From: Gemmatimonadota bacterium
Lineage (GTDB): Bacteria; Gemmatimonadota; Gemmatimonadetes; Longimicrobiales; Gaopeijiaceae
Assembly: GCA_034521595.1 (NCBI GenBank)
Contig: JAXHMG010000003.1
Location: forward strand, 1,088,001 to 1,152,000
Length of the DNA: 64,000 bases
Reading direction: 5' to 3'
Part shown: positions 16,341 to 27,599 of the stretch, in pieces
Layout: every line of letters begins with the position of its first letter
Position numbering within the stretch: position 1 is the first letter of the stretch
The notes under the pieces: model-generated
What the model saw: only the letters and a program-made list of their open reading frames with translations
What the model was told of the DNA's origin: nothing
The model's database searches: none
Program-made: the position numbers and the translations under genes

Positions 16341-18754
16341 ATGCTTCTTATCGCTGGCTCCTCGAGCTCGTCCCCGGGCTCGACCTCGATGCGGAGGCGG
16401 TATCGGAGCACCTCGCGCTCCGCGGGGCCCCCGTAGAGGACACGCACGCCCCCGGGGCGTCGCTCGAGGACGTTGTCGTGGGCGAGGTTCTGGAATCGGA
16501 CCCGCACCCGAACGCGGACCGGCTCACGCTGTGCACGGTCGACGGAGGTGACGGAGCGGTTCAGGTGGTGTGCGGCGCGCCGAACGTGAAGGTCGGCGCA
16601 CGGTACCCGTTCGCGCCGGTCGGAGCCGTGCTCCCGGGCGACTTCCGCATCAAGAAGGCCAAGATTCGGGGTGAGGTGTCCCAGGGTATGCTGTGTTCCG
16701 CCAAGGAGTTGGGGCTGGGGGCCGACCACCAGGGCATCATGGAGCTCGCGGGCGACTTCGAACCGGGCGCCTCCTTTGTGGAGGCGCTCGGTCTCGACGA
16801 CACGACGCTCGACGTGGAGGTCACCGCGAACCGTGGAGACCTGTTGTCCCATCTGGGCTTGGCGCGCGAGCTGGCGCCCGCCGGCGAAGGACGCGTCGTG
16901 CTTCCGGAGTTGCCGGGTGTCGAGGTCCTGGAGCTCGAATACCGTCGGGACGCGTCGCGGGTCGAAGGCGCCGGGGTGGCCGTGGAGGTTCGAGAGCCGG
17001 CGCTCTGTCCCAGGTATCTAGGGGCGATCGTTCGGAACGTCACGGTCGGACCGTCACCGGCCTGGCTCCAGCGTCGCTTGCGGGGCACCGGCGCCCGGCC
17101 GATCAACAACGTGGTGGACGCGACCAACTACGTCATGCTGGAGTTGGGACAGCCCTTGCACGCCTTCGATCTCGGGAAGCTCTCGGGCTCCGAGGTCGTC
17201 GTGCGGCAGCCCGAATCCGACGAAGTCCACGTCACCACTCTGGACGGCGAACGGCGTGCGTTGAGCGCCGACATGTTGATGATTTGTGACGCGGAGCATC
17301 CGGTCGCCATCGCCGGGGTGATGGGCGGCCTGGATTCGGAGGTCGACGAAGCGACCACGGACCTCTTTCTGGAGTGCGCCTGGTTCGACCCCAAGTCGAT
17401 TCGCGCGACGCGGCGCGCGCTCGGAATGTCCACGGACGCTTCGTACCGGTTCGAGCGAGGCATCGACCCCGAGGGCCTGGAGCGGGCGCTGGCGCGCTGC
17501 GCGAGTCTCATCGCGGCCATCGCGGGAGGCACGGTCGACGGTCCGGTGCTCGATTGCGGAAGCCCGACGTACGAAGCCGATGTCGTGCCCCTCCGTCTCT
17601 CACGGGTCGAACGCCTCCTCGGTGTGCCGTTCACCGGGGACGAGGTCGGCCGCCTCCTCGAGCCACTCGGCTTCGTGCTCGAGCACGAGACGAACGGAAC
17701 CCTGCATTTTCGCATACCGGGGTTTCGTAGCCACGACGTGCACCGCGAAGTGGATCTGATCGAAGAAGTGGCGCGAAGCCACGGGTACGACGCGTTTCCG
17801 TCCGAGCTGGGTCCTTACCGACCCGGAACGGTCCCCGACCATCCCCTGTTTCGACTCGAGGACGAGTTGCGCGGAAAGCTCGCCGCCAGAGGACTCTTCG
17901 AAGCGCAGACACCCGCCTTCGTTCCGGAAGGTGAAGGCGAAGTCGAGGTGGCGAATCCTCTGGCCACGACCGAGCCCTTCATGCGACGCACGCTCCTCCC
18001 GTCGCTGCTCCGAAGAGTGGAGTACAACCTCGCGCGGGGAAACCGAGACGTCAGGCTCTTCGAATTCGGGACCTCGTTCCGTAAGGCCGAGTCCGGCGCG
18101 CCCCCGCTCGAGCGGCCCAACCTGGCGATGGTGCTCACCGGAAGGCGTCGCCCCGTGCACTGGTCTTATCCCTCCGAGTCGGTAGACGTCTGGGACCTGA
18201 AATCGCTGGTCGAGGAGGTGGCCACTCAGGCCTACCGGGGAAGGTCCGCGGTCCGCGTCGCCCAGAACGAGAACGGAGGGGCGGCCGCGTTCGAGCCGGA
18301 CTCCGGGTTCGTCGTGCACGATAGCGACGGAAGCGTCGTGGGTCGGGCCGGGAAGGTACGGGACGATCTGGTGGACGCGCCTGCCTGGGCCGGTGACGTC
18401 TGGGGCTTCGAGTTGACGCTGCCCGACGTGCCGGAGAGCGCGCCCGTTCCCACCCACGTCCCTCTGCCGCAGCATCCAGCGGTCGAGCGGGATCTGGCGC
18501 TCCTCGTTCCGGACGGCGTCCCCGCCGGAACGGTCCTCGACACCTTGCGGCGAGACGGTGGCACCCAGCTCGAAGACGTGCTGGTGTTCGACCTCTACGA
18601 AGGGACCGGTGTGCCGGAGGGGACGCGTTCGATCGCCTTCCGCTTGCGCTTCAGGGATCCCGAGCGAACGCTGAAGGACGAAGAGGTGGACCGTGTGGTG
18701 GAACGCCTTCTCGACGGCCTGGGGGAGGAGTTCGGTGTACGGTCCAGGGGATAG
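16337..18754 (+). CDS. pheT: Phenylalanine--tRNA ligase beta subunit
   Basis: HPNADRL, VVCGAPN, SQGMLCS, INNVVDATNY, SYRFERG, DLIEEVAR, FDX-ACB C-terminus; ATGA overlap. Confidence 0.97.
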   Translation: MNASYRWLLELVPGLDLDAEAVSEHLALRGAPVEDTHAPGASLEDVVVGEVLESDPHPNADRLTLCTVDGGDGAVQVVCGAPNVKVGARYPFAPVGAVLPGDFRIKKAKIRGEVSQGMLCSAKELGLGADHQGIMELAGDFEPGASFVEALGLDDTTLDVEVTANRGDLLSHLGLARELAPAGEGRVVLPELPGVEVLELEYRRDASRVEGAGVAVEVREPALCPRYLGAIVRNVTVGPSPAWLQRRLRGTGARPINNVVDATNYVMLELGQPLHAFDLGKLSGSEVVVRQPESDEVHVTTLDGERRALSADMLMICDAEHPVAIAGVMGGLDSEVDEATTDLFLECAWFDPKSIRATRRALGMSTDASYRFERGIDPEGLERALARCASLIAAIAGGTVDGPVLDCGSPTYEADVVPLRLSRVERLLGVPFTGDEVGRLLEPLGFVLEHETNGTLHFRIPGFRSHDVHREVDLIEEVARSHGYDAFPSELGPYRPGTVPDHPLFRLEDELRGKLAARGLFEAQTPAFVPEGEGEVEVANPLATTEPFMRRTLLPSLLRRVEYNLARGNRDVRLFEFGTSFRKAESGAPPLERPNLAMVLTGRRRPVHWSYPSESVDVWDLKSLVEEVATQAYRGRSAVRVAQNENGGAAAFEPDSGFVVHDSDGSVVGRAGKVRDDLVDAPAWAGDVWGFELTLPDVPESAPVPTHVPLPQHPAVERDLALLVPDGVPAGTVLDTLRRDGGTQLEDVLVFDLYEGTGVPEGTRSIAFRLRFRDPERTLKDEEVDRVVERLLDGLGEEFGVRSRG

Positions 18755-19046
18755 AGAGGAACGACCCGAAGAGGCGGCGCTGGAGGATCTCGAACGGGCC
18801 GTTGCGGATGCGGTCGAGCGGTTGCGCGATCTGCAGGAACGCGTGGAAGCCGCTGAAACGCGCTCCGCGCAACTGCAACAGCTCGTCGGCCGGTTCACGG
18901 GCGATGCGAAGGGCGCATCGGACCTCCTGACCCGACTCGGTCACCTCGACGACGAGAACGCGGATCTTCGCGAGCGTCTCGATCGGGGGCGTGCGGCCGT
19001 CGAGCGGCTCCTCGCCAGGATCCGCTTTCTGGAGGATCAGAGATGA
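18735..19046 (+). CDS. Coiled-coil protein, ZapB-like
   Basis: Heptad-rich sequence between pheT and zapA; GGAGGAG SD before GTG 18735. Confidence 0.65.
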   Translation: MYGPGDREERPEEAALEDLERAVADAVERLRDLQERVEAAETRSAQLQQLVGRFTGDAKGASDLLTRLGHLDDENADLRERLDRGRAAVERLLARIRFLEDQR

Positions 19047-19357
19047 GCGAGGAAAAGCGATCGGTAACGGTGCGCATCGCGGGTGAGGAGCACACGATCC
19101 GGGCCAGCGCGGAGCCCGCGTATACGAGGAAATGCGCCAAGCACGTGGATGAGCGCATCCACGAGATCCGTCGGCAAGCGGGGCTCATCGAAGGGCACAA
19201 AGCCGCGATCCTGGCCGCGTTGTCCATCGCGGACGAGTGTTTCCAGGCCCAGGAAGAGCTCGAGCGCCTCCGAGGCGACGTCGTGCGTCGGACCCGACAC
19301 CTCACGGAGCTCATTCGCGACGAGGCTCCGCCCGAGCATGACGGGGACGGTTCTTGA
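19043..19357 (+). CDS. zapA: Cell division protein ZapA
   Basis: VTVRIAGEEHTI...VDERI...AILAALSIADE pattern; synteny with pheT and rny. Confidence 0.88.
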   Translation: MSEEKRSVTVRIAGEEHTIRASAEPAYTRKCAKHVDERIHEIRRQAGLIEGHKAAILAALSIADECFQAQEELERLRGDVVRRTRHLTELIRDEAPPEHDGDGS

Positions 19358-19499
19358 GCCCGGCTTGCGCCGGTGATCACCGGGAACCTATTGTCACATC
19401 GTTATCTGGGATGGTTCGGCCCGTCGTTTTGGCGGATCGGGACCTCCTTCAGTCGATCACCTTCGATCCGTTTCGGCGGGTCGATTCAGGAGTCGATAC

Positions 19500-21074
19500 A
19501 TGATCACCCCGCCCCTGATTATGGCGGCGGCGGCAGGGATCGTTCTGGGCGTGCTCGTCGGTTTCGTGGTGACGCGAAGCCGTGAGCGTAGCGCGCGCGA
19601 GCTCGAGAAGAGCCGCGGACAGGACGAAGCCTCCCGCATCCTGGCACAAGCCCGAGAGGAAGCGGAGAAAGCGCGCAAAGCCGGAGAGCTCGAAGGCCGC
19701 GAAGCCGGCGTCCGAATGCGGGAAGCCTGGGAGCAGGAAGAAGCCCGCCGACGTGAGGAAGTCGAGCGCGCGGAACGCCGCGCCGAAGAGCGAGCCGATT
19801 CGCTCGAGCGCCAGCTGGAACGGCTAGCTAGCCGGGAAGCGCAGCTCGAGGAGCGCCTCGAAGACGTCGCGTCCCGGGAGAAGGAGCTGGCCACGAAGGG
19901 CACGGATCTCGAAGAGCGTGAGCGGGAGGCAAAGGCCCGGCTCGAGCACGTGGCGGGGCTGACCGAGGCGGAAGCCCGGGCCGAGCTCGTGGAAGATCTC
20001 ACGGAAGCGGCCAAGGCGGATGCGGCCAACTCGATCCGTGAGATCAAGGAGAAGGCCCAACGTGAAGCGGATCGCGAGGCACGCAAGATCGTGGCGCTGG
20101 CGATCCAGCGAATGGCGGCGGACCTGACCGCCGAAACCACCGTTTCGGTGGTTCAACTCCCCTCCGACGAGATGAAGGGTCGGATCATCGGAAGGGAAGG
20201 AAGAAACATCCGGGCCTTCGAGCACGAGACCGGGGTCGATGTCATCATCGACGACACGCCCGAGGCGGTCGTGCTCTCGGCGTTCGACCCCGTGCGGAGG
20301 GAGGTCGCCCGCATCGCCCTGGAGCGTCTCGTGGAAGACGGGCGGATCCATCCCGGGCGGATCGAGGAGACGGTCGAGAAAGCGACCGAGGAGGTCGAAG
20401 CCTCCATGCTGGAAGCGGCCGAAGAGGTGCTGTACGAGCTGGGCGTGCACAACGTGCACCCGGAGATCGTGAAGACCCTCGGAAGGCTTCGCTTCCGGAC
20501 CTCGTACGGACAGAACCAGCTCCAACACGCGCGGGAAGTCGCGCTCCTGGCCGCGAACATGGCGGCTGAGATGGGACTCGACGTCCAGGGCGCGAAGAGA
20601 GCGGCCATCCTCCACGACGTCGGCAAGGGGATGACTCACGAGCACGAAGGCACGCACGTCGAGTTGGGCTACCGGCTGTGCAAGAAGCATGGCGAGACCG
20701 ACCTCGTCCTCAACGCGATCAAGGCACACCACGACGAGGAACCCCATTTCTTCGCCGAAACCTTCCTCGTGACGGCGGCTGACGCGATCAGCGGCTCGAG
20801 GCCGGGCGCCCGCCGAGAGATGTTCGAAGGGTACGTGAAGCGACTCGAGAAGCTCGAGGAGCTCGCGACGGAGCAGCCGGGGGTGGAGCGCTGCTTCGCG
20901 ATCCAGGCCGGACGAGAGTTACGCGTGATGGTCGAGCCCGGTGAGGTCAGTGACGGAGATATCGCTCAGATCTCGGAATCCGTGGCCCGTCGCATCGAGA
21001 GTGAGCTTCAATACCCGGGACAGATCAAGGTCGTCGTGGTGCGCGAGACGCGGGCGGTCGACTTCGCCCGTTAG
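19500..21074 (+). CDS. rny: Ribonuclease Y
   Basis: N-terminal TM, coiled coil, KH motif [16 protein letters not shown] motif [20 protein letters not shown]. Confidence 0.97.
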   Translation: MITPPLIMAAAAGIVLGVLVGFVVTRSRERSARELEKSRGQDEASRILAQAREEAEKARKAGELEGREAGVRMREAWEQEEARRREEVERAERRAEERADSLERQLERLASREAQLEERLEDVASREKELATKGTDLEEREREAKARLEHVAGLTEAEARAELVEDLTEAAKADAANSIREIKEKAQREADREARKIVALAIQRMAADLTAETTVSVVQLPSDEMKGRIIGREGRNIRAFEHETGVDVIIDDTPEAVVLSAFDPVRREVARIALERLVEDGRIHPGRIEETVEKATEEVEASMLEAAEEVLYELGVHNVHPEIVKTLGRLRFRTSYGQNQLQHAREVALLAANMAAEMGLDVQGAKRAAILHDVGKGMTHEHEGTHVELGYRLCKKHGETDLVLNAIKAHHDEEPHFFAETFLVTAADAISGSRPGARREMFEGYVKRLEKLEELATEQPGVERCFAIQAGRELRVMVEPGEVSDGDIAQISESVARRIESELQYPGQIKVVVVRETRAVDFAR

Positions 21075-21141
21075 CGTGGCGACATTGTTCCGCGTGCGCC
21101 CGGAGACAGGCGCGTCGACTCCAAACACGGGCTGTAGGCGA

Positions 21142-22038
21142 ATGAGCGCTGAGATCATTTCCGGTACCGAGATCGCGAAGGTCATCCGCGCGGAGTTGAA
21201 GGACCGCGTGGCCACGCTCACCGCCGACGAAGACGTGACGCCGGGGCTGGCCACGGTCCTCGTCGGGGATGACCCGGCCTCGCAGATGTACGTGCGAATG
21301 AAGAATCGCGTCGCCGGGGAGATGGGAATTCACTCCCGACAGCACACGCTACCGGCGGACACCTCCCAGGAAGAGTTGCTGGGACTCGTCGAAGGGCTGA
21401 ACGCCGATCCCGCCATCCACGGAATCCTCGTGCAGCTCCCACTTCCGGAGCACATCGACGAAGCGGAGGTCATCGAAACCATCGATCCGCGGAAGGACGT
21501 GGACGGCTTTCATCCGATGAGCGTGGGACGCCTCGCAACGGATTCGGGAGTGTTCTTTTCTCCGTGCACGCCCGCCGGCATCGTGGAGATGCTGATGCGC
21601 AGCGGGCACGATCCGGCCGGCAAGCATGTCGTGATCCTGGGCCGCTCCAATATCGTCGGACGGCCGCTCGCGTCGCTCCTGCTGCGGAAGGCGCCGGGCG
21701 GAAACGCGACGGTGACCGTCTGTCATTCCCGCACACCCGACCTCGCGACCGAGACGAAGCGCGCGGACATTCTCGTGGTGGCGATGGGCCGGCCCGAGAT
21801 GGTGACGGCGGAGATGGTCCGTCCGGGCGCCGTGGTCATCGACGTCGGGACGAACCGGGTCGACGACCCGACTGCCGAGAAGGGGTACCGTGTCTGCGGT
21901 GACGTGCGCTTCGACGAGGTCAAGGAGGTCGCGAGCGCGATTTCGCCCGTGCCCGGGGGCGTCGGCCCGATGACCATCACGATGTTGCTCTCCAACACGG
22001 TCGAATCCGCCGCTCGTGCGGCGAGCACCCGGGACTGA
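21142..22038 (+). CDS. folD: Bifunctional methylenetetrahydrofolate dehydrogenase/cyclohydrolase
   Basis: [41 protein letters not shown]. Confidence 0.97.
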   Translation: MSAEIISGTEIAKVIRAELKDRVATLTADEDVTPGLATVLVGDDPASQMYVRMKNRVAGEMGIHSRQHTLPADTSQEELLGLVEGLNADPAIHGILVQLPLPEHIDEAEVIETIDPRKDVDGFHPMSVGRLATDSGVFFSPCTPAGIVEMLMRSGHDPAGKHVVILGRSNIVGRPLASLLLRKAPGGNATVTVCHSRTPDLATETKRADILVVAMGRPEMVTAEMVRPGAVVIDVGTNRVDDPTAEKGYRVCGDVRFDEVKEVASAISPVPGGVGPMTITMLLSNTVESAARAASTRD

Positions 22039-22045
22039 GCGAGCC

Positions 22046-23368
22046 GTGTCGGACGACCTGAGCCTGGATCTCTTCGACGGTGTCGAGGATCCCGAGCCCA
22101 CCTCGGCGGCGGACGAGCCGCCACCGAAGGTTGAAGCACCCACCTCCCCCGAGGCACGGGAGCCTCGGGTCTGGTCCGTATCGCAGGTGAACCGGGCCGT
22201 GCGTGGCCTCCTCGAAGACAATGTCGAGCCGCTCTGGATCGGCGGCGAGATCGGGAGTTGGACCCGCTCGAGGGCCGGTCACCGGTACTTCACACTGAAG
22301 GACGACAAGGCGCAGCTGCGCGCCGTGATGTTCCAGCGGGAAGCTGCGGCTCTTCCGACCGATCCGGACGAAGGGATGAAGGTGCGGGCGCTCGGACAGC
22401 TCACGCTCTACGAGGCCAGAGGAGAGTATCAGCTCGTCGTCCGACGCTTGGAGGCCGAGGGCACGGAAGGCCTGTGGCGCCTGGCGTTCGAGAAGCTGCG
22501 AGGACGCCTGGAGGCCGAGGGTCTCCTCGACCCGGCGCGGAAGCGCCGTCTGCCCGCCTTCCCGGAGTGCGTCGGGGTGGTGACGTCACCCACCGGCGCC
22601 GCGATCCGCGATATCGTGTCCGTGCTGCGACGCCGTGCGCCATGGACCCGGGTCGTGGTGAGCGGAACGCGGGTCCAGGGAGAAGGTGCGTCCGAGGACG
22701 TGGCCGAAGCCCTGAGGACGCTCGTCCGCAGCGGTCACTGCGACGTGATCATCGTGTCCAGGGGCGGCGGCTCCATCGAAGATCTGTGGGCGTTCAACGA
22801 AGAGCCCGTGGCTCGGGCGGTGGCCGACTGTCCGGTCCCCGTCGTCTCGGCCGTGGGTCACGAAGTCGATGTGTCCATCTGCGACCTCGTCGCCGACGTG
22901 CGAGCTCCCACACCGTCGGCCGGCGCCGAAGCCGTCGTTCCCGACGCCGAAGTCGTGTTGGCGAACCTCCGTCAAACCCCGAGCCGGCTGGCACATGCGC
23001 TGCGTGGGATGACGACGCGCAGGCGAGAGAGGATCGACGACCGACTCCTCCGCCTGGGACGTGCGATCGAGCGACGCATGGCACCGGCGCGGCAGTCGGT
23101 CGATCTGTCCACGAGTCGGTTGGAACGCGCGATGCGAAGCCTGGTGGACAAGCGTAAGCGAGCGCTCACCGGCGCGGCGGCGAGACTGGAGGCGCTCTCC
23201 CCGCTCGCGACGCTGCGGCGAGGCTACGCAGTCGCCACCCGTCCGGACGGAAGCGTGATGCGCTCCGTCGACGACTTCTCGCCCGGGACCGACTTCGTGT
23301 TGAGGCTCGACGACGGAAGAGTCGAAGCTACGGCGAACGGGATCATCGCAAGGAGGGAAGATGAGTGA
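22046..23368 (+). CDS. xseA: Exodeoxyribonuclease VII large subunit
   Basis: GHRYFTLKD, VTSPTGAAIRD, RGGGSIEDLWAFN, AVGHEVD, APTPSA. Confidence 0.95.
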   Translation: MSDDLSLDLFDGVEDPEPTSAADEPPPKVEAPTSPEAREPRVWSVSQVNRAVRGLLEDNVEPLWIGGEIGSWTRSRAGHRYFTLKDDKAQLRAVMFQREAAALPTDPDEGMKVRALGQLTLYEARGEYQLVVRRLEAEGTEGLWRLAFEKLRGRLEAEGLLDPARKRRLPAFPECVGVVTSPTGAAIRDIVSVLRRRAPWTRVVVSGTRVQGEGASEDVAEALRTLVRSGHCDVIIVSRGGGSIEDLWAFNEEPVARAVADCPVPVVSAVGHEVDVSICDLVADVRAPTPSAGAEAVVPDAEVVLANLRQTPSRLAHALRGMTTRRRERIDDRLLRLGRAIERRMAPARQSVDLSTSRLERAMRSLVDKRKRALTGAAARLEALSPLATLRRGYAVATRPDGSVMRSVDDFSPGTDFVLRLDDGRVEATANGIIARREDE

Positions 23369-23615
23369 GGAGAACGGCGCGGGGGAGGAAGCGCGCGAGG
23401 AAGAGATGGGGCTCGAAGGCCGTATCCACCGGCTCGAGCAGATTCTGGCGCGGATGGAGTCCGACGACGTGGCGCTCGAGGAGGCGTTGAAGCTGTTCGA
23501 GGAAGGCATCGGCCACGTGCGCCGCGCCGAACGCATCCTCGCGGACACCGAGCTGCGCGTGGAAGAGCTGCTGTCCGCCGACCGCACGGAACCCATGGAG
23601 CTCGAGGAGTCGTGA
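23361..23615 (+). CDS. xseB: Exodeoxyribonuclease VII small subunit
   Basis: LEQILARME...LEEALKLFEEG pattern; follows xseA. Confidence 0.92.
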   Translation: MSEENGAGEEAREEEMGLEGRIHRLEQILARMESDDVALEEALKLFEEGIGHVRRAERILADTELRVEELLSADRTEPMELEES

Positions 23616-24526
23616 CGAACGTCGAAGCCTTCGATCTGGCCTCTTACCTCGATACCGAGATCCCGCAAGTCGAACGGGCTATCGAGCGAGCCATCGAACG
23701 GATCGAGCCGTCGCTCCCGACCGAGATCGCCTCGGGGGTACGCCACGCGGTGACGACCGGTGGTAAGAGGCTGCGCCCCATCCTGTGCGCGACGGCTTAC
23801 CGGGCGTGCGGTGGAGCGGCCGCCGCCGACCCCCTCTACGACCTCGCCGTTTCCCTGGAGCTGATCCACGCATACTCGCTCGTGCACGACGACCTCCCCT
23901 GCATGGACGACGCGGAGCTGCGCCGGGGCGTGTCCACGACCCACCGGGAGCATGGTGAGGACACGGCCATGGTGTCGGGCGCGGTTCTGATTCCCGGGGC
24001 CGCGCTCCAGGCCATCCGAGCGGCCCGCGCGCTCGGTTGCTCACAGGGTGCCGCTTCCCGCGTCACCCACACGCTGCTCGAAGCCTCCGGTGCGGGCGGG
24101 ATGGTCGGGGGGCAGTGGCTCGACCTTCTGGCCGAGGGTGAGGCACTGGATGCCGCCGCGCTCGATCGTCTGCACAGGCACAAGACGGGAGCGCTCCTGA
24201 CCGCCGCGCTGGTCATGGGCTCCCTCGCCGCGGAAGCGGAACCGTTCGTCACGTCCCGGCTCGAAGAGTACGGTAGGGCCATCGGCCTGGCCTTCCAGAT
24301 CACCGACGACGTGCTCGACGTAACGACGTCCTCGGAGGTGCTCGGAAAGAATCCGAGCGACATCGTCCTGGACAAGTCCACGTACGTATCGCTCTACGGA
24401 CTCGAAGCGGCACGCCGGCGGGCCGACGACCTGGTGGCGGAGGCGCTCGAGGCGCTCCGGCAAGCCCGAATCGACGCACCCGCGTTGACCGCGTTGGCAC
24501 ACTACGTGGTGAGCCGCAAGCACTGA
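23612..24526 (+). CDS. ispA: Polyprenyl (farnesyl/geranylgeranyl) diphosphate synthase
   Basis: GKRLRP, HAYSLVHDDLPCMD (FARM), GQWLD, KTGAL, FQITDDVLD (SARM). Confidence 0.92.
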   Translation: MTNVEAFDLASYLDTEIPQVERAIERAIERIEPSLPTEIASGVRHAVTTGGKRLRPILCATAYRACGGAAAADPLYDLAVSLELIHAYSLVHDDLPCMDDAELRRGVSTTHREHGEDTAMVSGAVLIPGAALQAIRAARALGCSQGAASRVTHTLLEASGAGGMVGGQWLDLLAEGEALDAAALDRLHRHKTGALLTAALVMGSLAAEAEPFVTSRLEEYGRAIGLAFQITDDVLDVTTSSEVLGKNPSDIVLDKSTYVSLYGLEAARRRADDLVAEALEALRQARIDAPALTALAHYVVSRKH

Positions 24527-24658
24527 GGATTCGACGGAACCGGCCGGGTCCGAGAACGCCCGGTCCTCGTACAATGGTCCGGACGCCCTGTGCGCTCGGC
24601 GATGGGACGGTATCTTTCGAGTCCGAGACCGACCACGACGCAACGAAGGAGTGATGCG

Positions 24659-26566
24659 ATGTCCCTTTTGGATCGCATCCGATATCCCCGGGATCTGAGA
24701 ACCTTGGACCGCAGCGAGCTCGAAGCGGTCGTGCAGGCCGTGCGGGATCGACATATCGACGTAGTGTCCCAGAAGGGTGGACACTTCGGCGCGAGCCTGG
24801 GCGTGGCGGAGCTCACCGTGGCCCTGCACTACGTCTACGACACCCCTCGGGACCAGCTCGTGTGGGATACCGGCCATCAGGCCTACATTCACAAGATCCT
24901 GACCGGCCGGAACGAGCGGTTGCCGACCATTCGCACCAAGGACGGGCTCGCGCCGTTCTGCCGGCGGGACGAGTCGGAGTACGACGCGTTCGGGGCCGGC
25001 CATGCTTCGACCTCCATCTCGGCGGCGTGGGGCATGGCCGTGGGGCGCGACCTCAGCGGACAGGATTTCGACGTGGTGGCGGTGATCGGGGACGGTGCCA
25101 TGGGATGTGGGCTCGCCTACGAGGCGCTCAACAACGCCGGCCATACGGATCGGGACTTCGTGGTCGTGCTGAACGACAACGACATGTCGATCGCGCCGGC
25201 CGTGGGCGCGATGAACAAATACCTGACCGGGATGGTCACGAATCCCGCGTACAACAAGGCACGCAACCTGGTCAAGGAGATCCTCCACCGGGCTCCCTCC
25301 ACCGTCGGCGACGTCGTCGAAGAGGTGGCCGGGCGGTTGGAGGAGAGCGTCATGCACATCCTCACTCCGGGCATGATCTTCGAGGAGCTCGGCTTCCGGT
25401 ACGTCGGTCCGGTGGACGGGCACGACGTTCAGCAGCTCGTCGACACATTCCGGCGCGTCCAGGGCATGCGGGGACCCATTCTGGTCCACGCCCTCACGCA
25501 GAAGGGGCGGGGATTCACCCAGGCGGAAGACGACCCTTGGACGTGGCATGCGGCCGGTCCCTTCGACAAGGTGACGGGAAAGGGCAGCAAAGTCTCCGGC
25601 GGGCTCCCCAGATATCAGAAAGTGTTCGGCAAGGGCCTCATCCAGCTCGCGGACGCGGATCCCCGCGTGTGCGCCATCACCGCCGCCATGCCCGACGGAA
25701 CCTCCACCGACATGTTCCAGGAGGCGCACCCCGACCGATACTTCGACGTCGGCATCGCCGAGGGACACGGCGTGACGTTCGCGGCCGGTCTGACGACACA
25801 GGGGGTGAAGCCCATCGTCGCGATCTACTCGACGTTCCTGCAGCGGGCGTTCGACAGCATCGTGCACGACGTAGCGCTCCAGAGCCTCCCCGTGGTATTC
25901 GGGATGGACCGAGGGGGCATCGCGGGCGCGGATGGCCCGACGCACCATGGGACGCTCGATATCGTATACATGTTGGGCATTCCCGGCATGACCGTTACGG
26001 CGCCCAAGGACGGCGCGGAGATGCTCGCACTCCTCAGGCTGGGAACCGAGCAGCGCGACGGGCCTTGGTCCGTGCGATGGCCCCGGGACACGGTTCCCCG
26101 TGAGGTCCCACACCTCTCCGAGATCCCCCCGATCGAGCCGTTCACGTGGGAGATCCTGCAGAACGGCGGGGACGTCGTATTCCTGGCCACCGGAACCATG
26201 GTGTCTACCTCCGAGGACGCGGCGGCGCAACTCGCGTCCGAAGGGATCGGGGCCACGGTGGTGAACTGTCGGTTCCTGAAGCCGTACGACCGTGAGGTCT
26301 TCGAGGAGATGGTGCGGAGTCACGCCCTGGTCGTCACGGTCGAAGAAGGGCAGGTCACCAACGGGTTCGGCGCGTACATGAGTCGGGAGATCGACGCGTT
26401 GGACCTCGAGAACCGCCCGAAGGTCGTGACGCTGGGAATCCCGGACCAGTTCGTCCAGCACGGGGGGCGGGAAGAGCTGCTCGCGGAGATCGGGCTCGAC
26501 GCGGCGGGCGTGGCCGCTGCCGCGCGCCGGGCGCTCCGGGAGAGTGTGGCCGCGGGGAGCGGGTGA
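24659..26566 (+). CDS. dxs: 1-deoxy-D-xylulose-5-phosphate synthase
   Basis: GGHFGASLG, WDTGHQAY, GDGA...NDN, DVGIAEGH, YSTFLQRAFD, DGPTHHG. Confidence 0.97.
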   Translation: MSLLDRIRYPRDLRTLDRSELEAVVQAVRDRHIDVVSQKGGHFGASLGVAELTVALHYVYDTPRDQLVWDTGHQAYIHKILTGRNERLPTIRTKDGLAPFCRRDESEYDAFGAGHASTSISAAWGMAVGRDLSGQDFDVVAVIGDGAMGCGLAYEALNNAGHTDRDFVVVLNDNDMSIAPAVGAMNKYLTGMVTNPAYNKARNLVKEILHRAPSTVGDVVEEVAGRLEESVMHILTPGMIFEELGFRYVGPVDGHDVQQLVDTFRRVQGMRGPILVHALTQKGRGFTQAEDDPWTWHAAGPFDKVTGKGSKVSGGLPRYQKVFGKGLIQLADADPRVCAITAAMPDGTSTDMFQEAHPDRYFDVGIAEGHGVTFAAGLTTQGVKPIVAIYSTFLQRAFDSIVHDVALQSLPVVFGMDRGGIAGADGPTHHGTLDIVYMLGIPGMTVTAPKDGAEMLALLRLGTEQRDGPWSVRWPRDTVPREVPHLSEIPPIEPFTWEILQNGGDVVFLATGTMVSTSEDAAAQLASEGIGATVVNCRFLKPYDREVFEEMVRSHALVVTVEEGQVTNGFGAYMSREIDALDLENRPKVVTLGIPDQFVQHGGREELLAEIGLDAAGVAAAARRALRESVAAGSG

Positions 26567-27522
26567 CCGCTTCCGGACGCGCGCGGTTGGACGGTCCGGT
26601 CCGCCGCATCGGAGTCGTGCTCCGCTCCGAGAGCCCCGACGTGGACGCGATTCTCGCACGGCTCCACCGTTTCTGTGCGGAGCACGACGTCAGCATCGCC
26701 TTCGAGGCCGGCTCGGAAGAGAGCGTCCCGGTGGAGTCGACCCCCGTCGACGACCGTGCTCGGGCTCTGGCCGGGAACGGCATCGACCTAGTCGTGGCCT
26801 TGGGAGGTGACGGCACGCTCCTCCGGGCGGCACGCTCCGTCAGCGGCACCGGGATCCCCGTGCTGGGCATCAATCTGGGGCGGCTGGGCTTTCTCACGTC
26901 GCTACCCTCCACCGACCTCGAATGGGGCCTCGAACGGACGTTGGAGGGAAACGCGTACCTCGACTTCCGCTTCACGTTGCGAACGATGGTCGAAGACGGG
27001 CGGAGCGGGGGATCCGTACCTTCGGGCGCGGGACAAGACGTTCCGCCGTTCCACGCCCTCAACGACATCGTCGTCCACACACGCGGGGCGGCCCGGGTCA
27101 CGCCGCTCAACATCGAGATCGGGCACTCCGGGGTGTTCGAGGAAGCCGGAAGCTTCTCGGCCGACGGCGTGATCGTGGCCACGCCGACGGGGTCAACGGC
27201 TTACTCGATGTCCGCGGGCGGACCCATCGTCGCTCCCGACGTCGAGTGCATCGTGATCACGCCGATCTGCCCGCACTCCTTGGCGGTCCGTCCGTTCGTG
27301 GTCCCCGCCCAGCGCGACGTCCGCGTGAGCCTACTCGGCGCGCACGTCGGGCACCAACTCACCGTCGACGGGCAGGTGGTCCGGGAGCTCGACACGAACG
27401 AGACGGTGGTCGTCGGGCGGGAGCGCTCTCCGGTTCCTCTCGTACGCTTCAAGTCGCAGTCGTTCCTCAACACGCTCCGCCACAAGCTGAACTGGGCCGC
27501 GCGCCCTCCGGAACGGGCCTGA
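26563..27522 (+). CDS. nadK: NAD(+) kinase
   Basis: GGDGT, GINLGRLGFL, LND, DGVIVATPTGSTAYSMSAGG. Confidence 0.95.
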   Translation: MTASGRARLDGPVRRIGVVLRSESPDVDAILARLHRFCAEHDVSIAFEAGSEESVPVESTPVDDRARALAGNGIDLVVALGGDGTLLRAARSVSGTGIPVLGINLGRLGFLTSLPSTDLEWGLERTLEGNAYLDFRFTLRTMVEDGRSGGSVPSGAGQDVPPFHALNDIVVHTRGAARVTPLNIEIGHSGVFEEAGSFSADGVIVATPTGSTAYSMSAGGPIVAPDVECIVITPICPHSLAVRPFVVPAQRDVRVSLLGAHVGHQLTVDGQVVRELDTNETVVVGRERSPVPLVRFKSQSFLNTLRHKLNWAARPPERA

Positions 27523-27599
27523 GATGCCGCCGCGCACGGGCTACGACGACGCATCCCGCCATTGTATGCTCCGTTTCCTTCGCCCTAGGTTGAGCGGTC

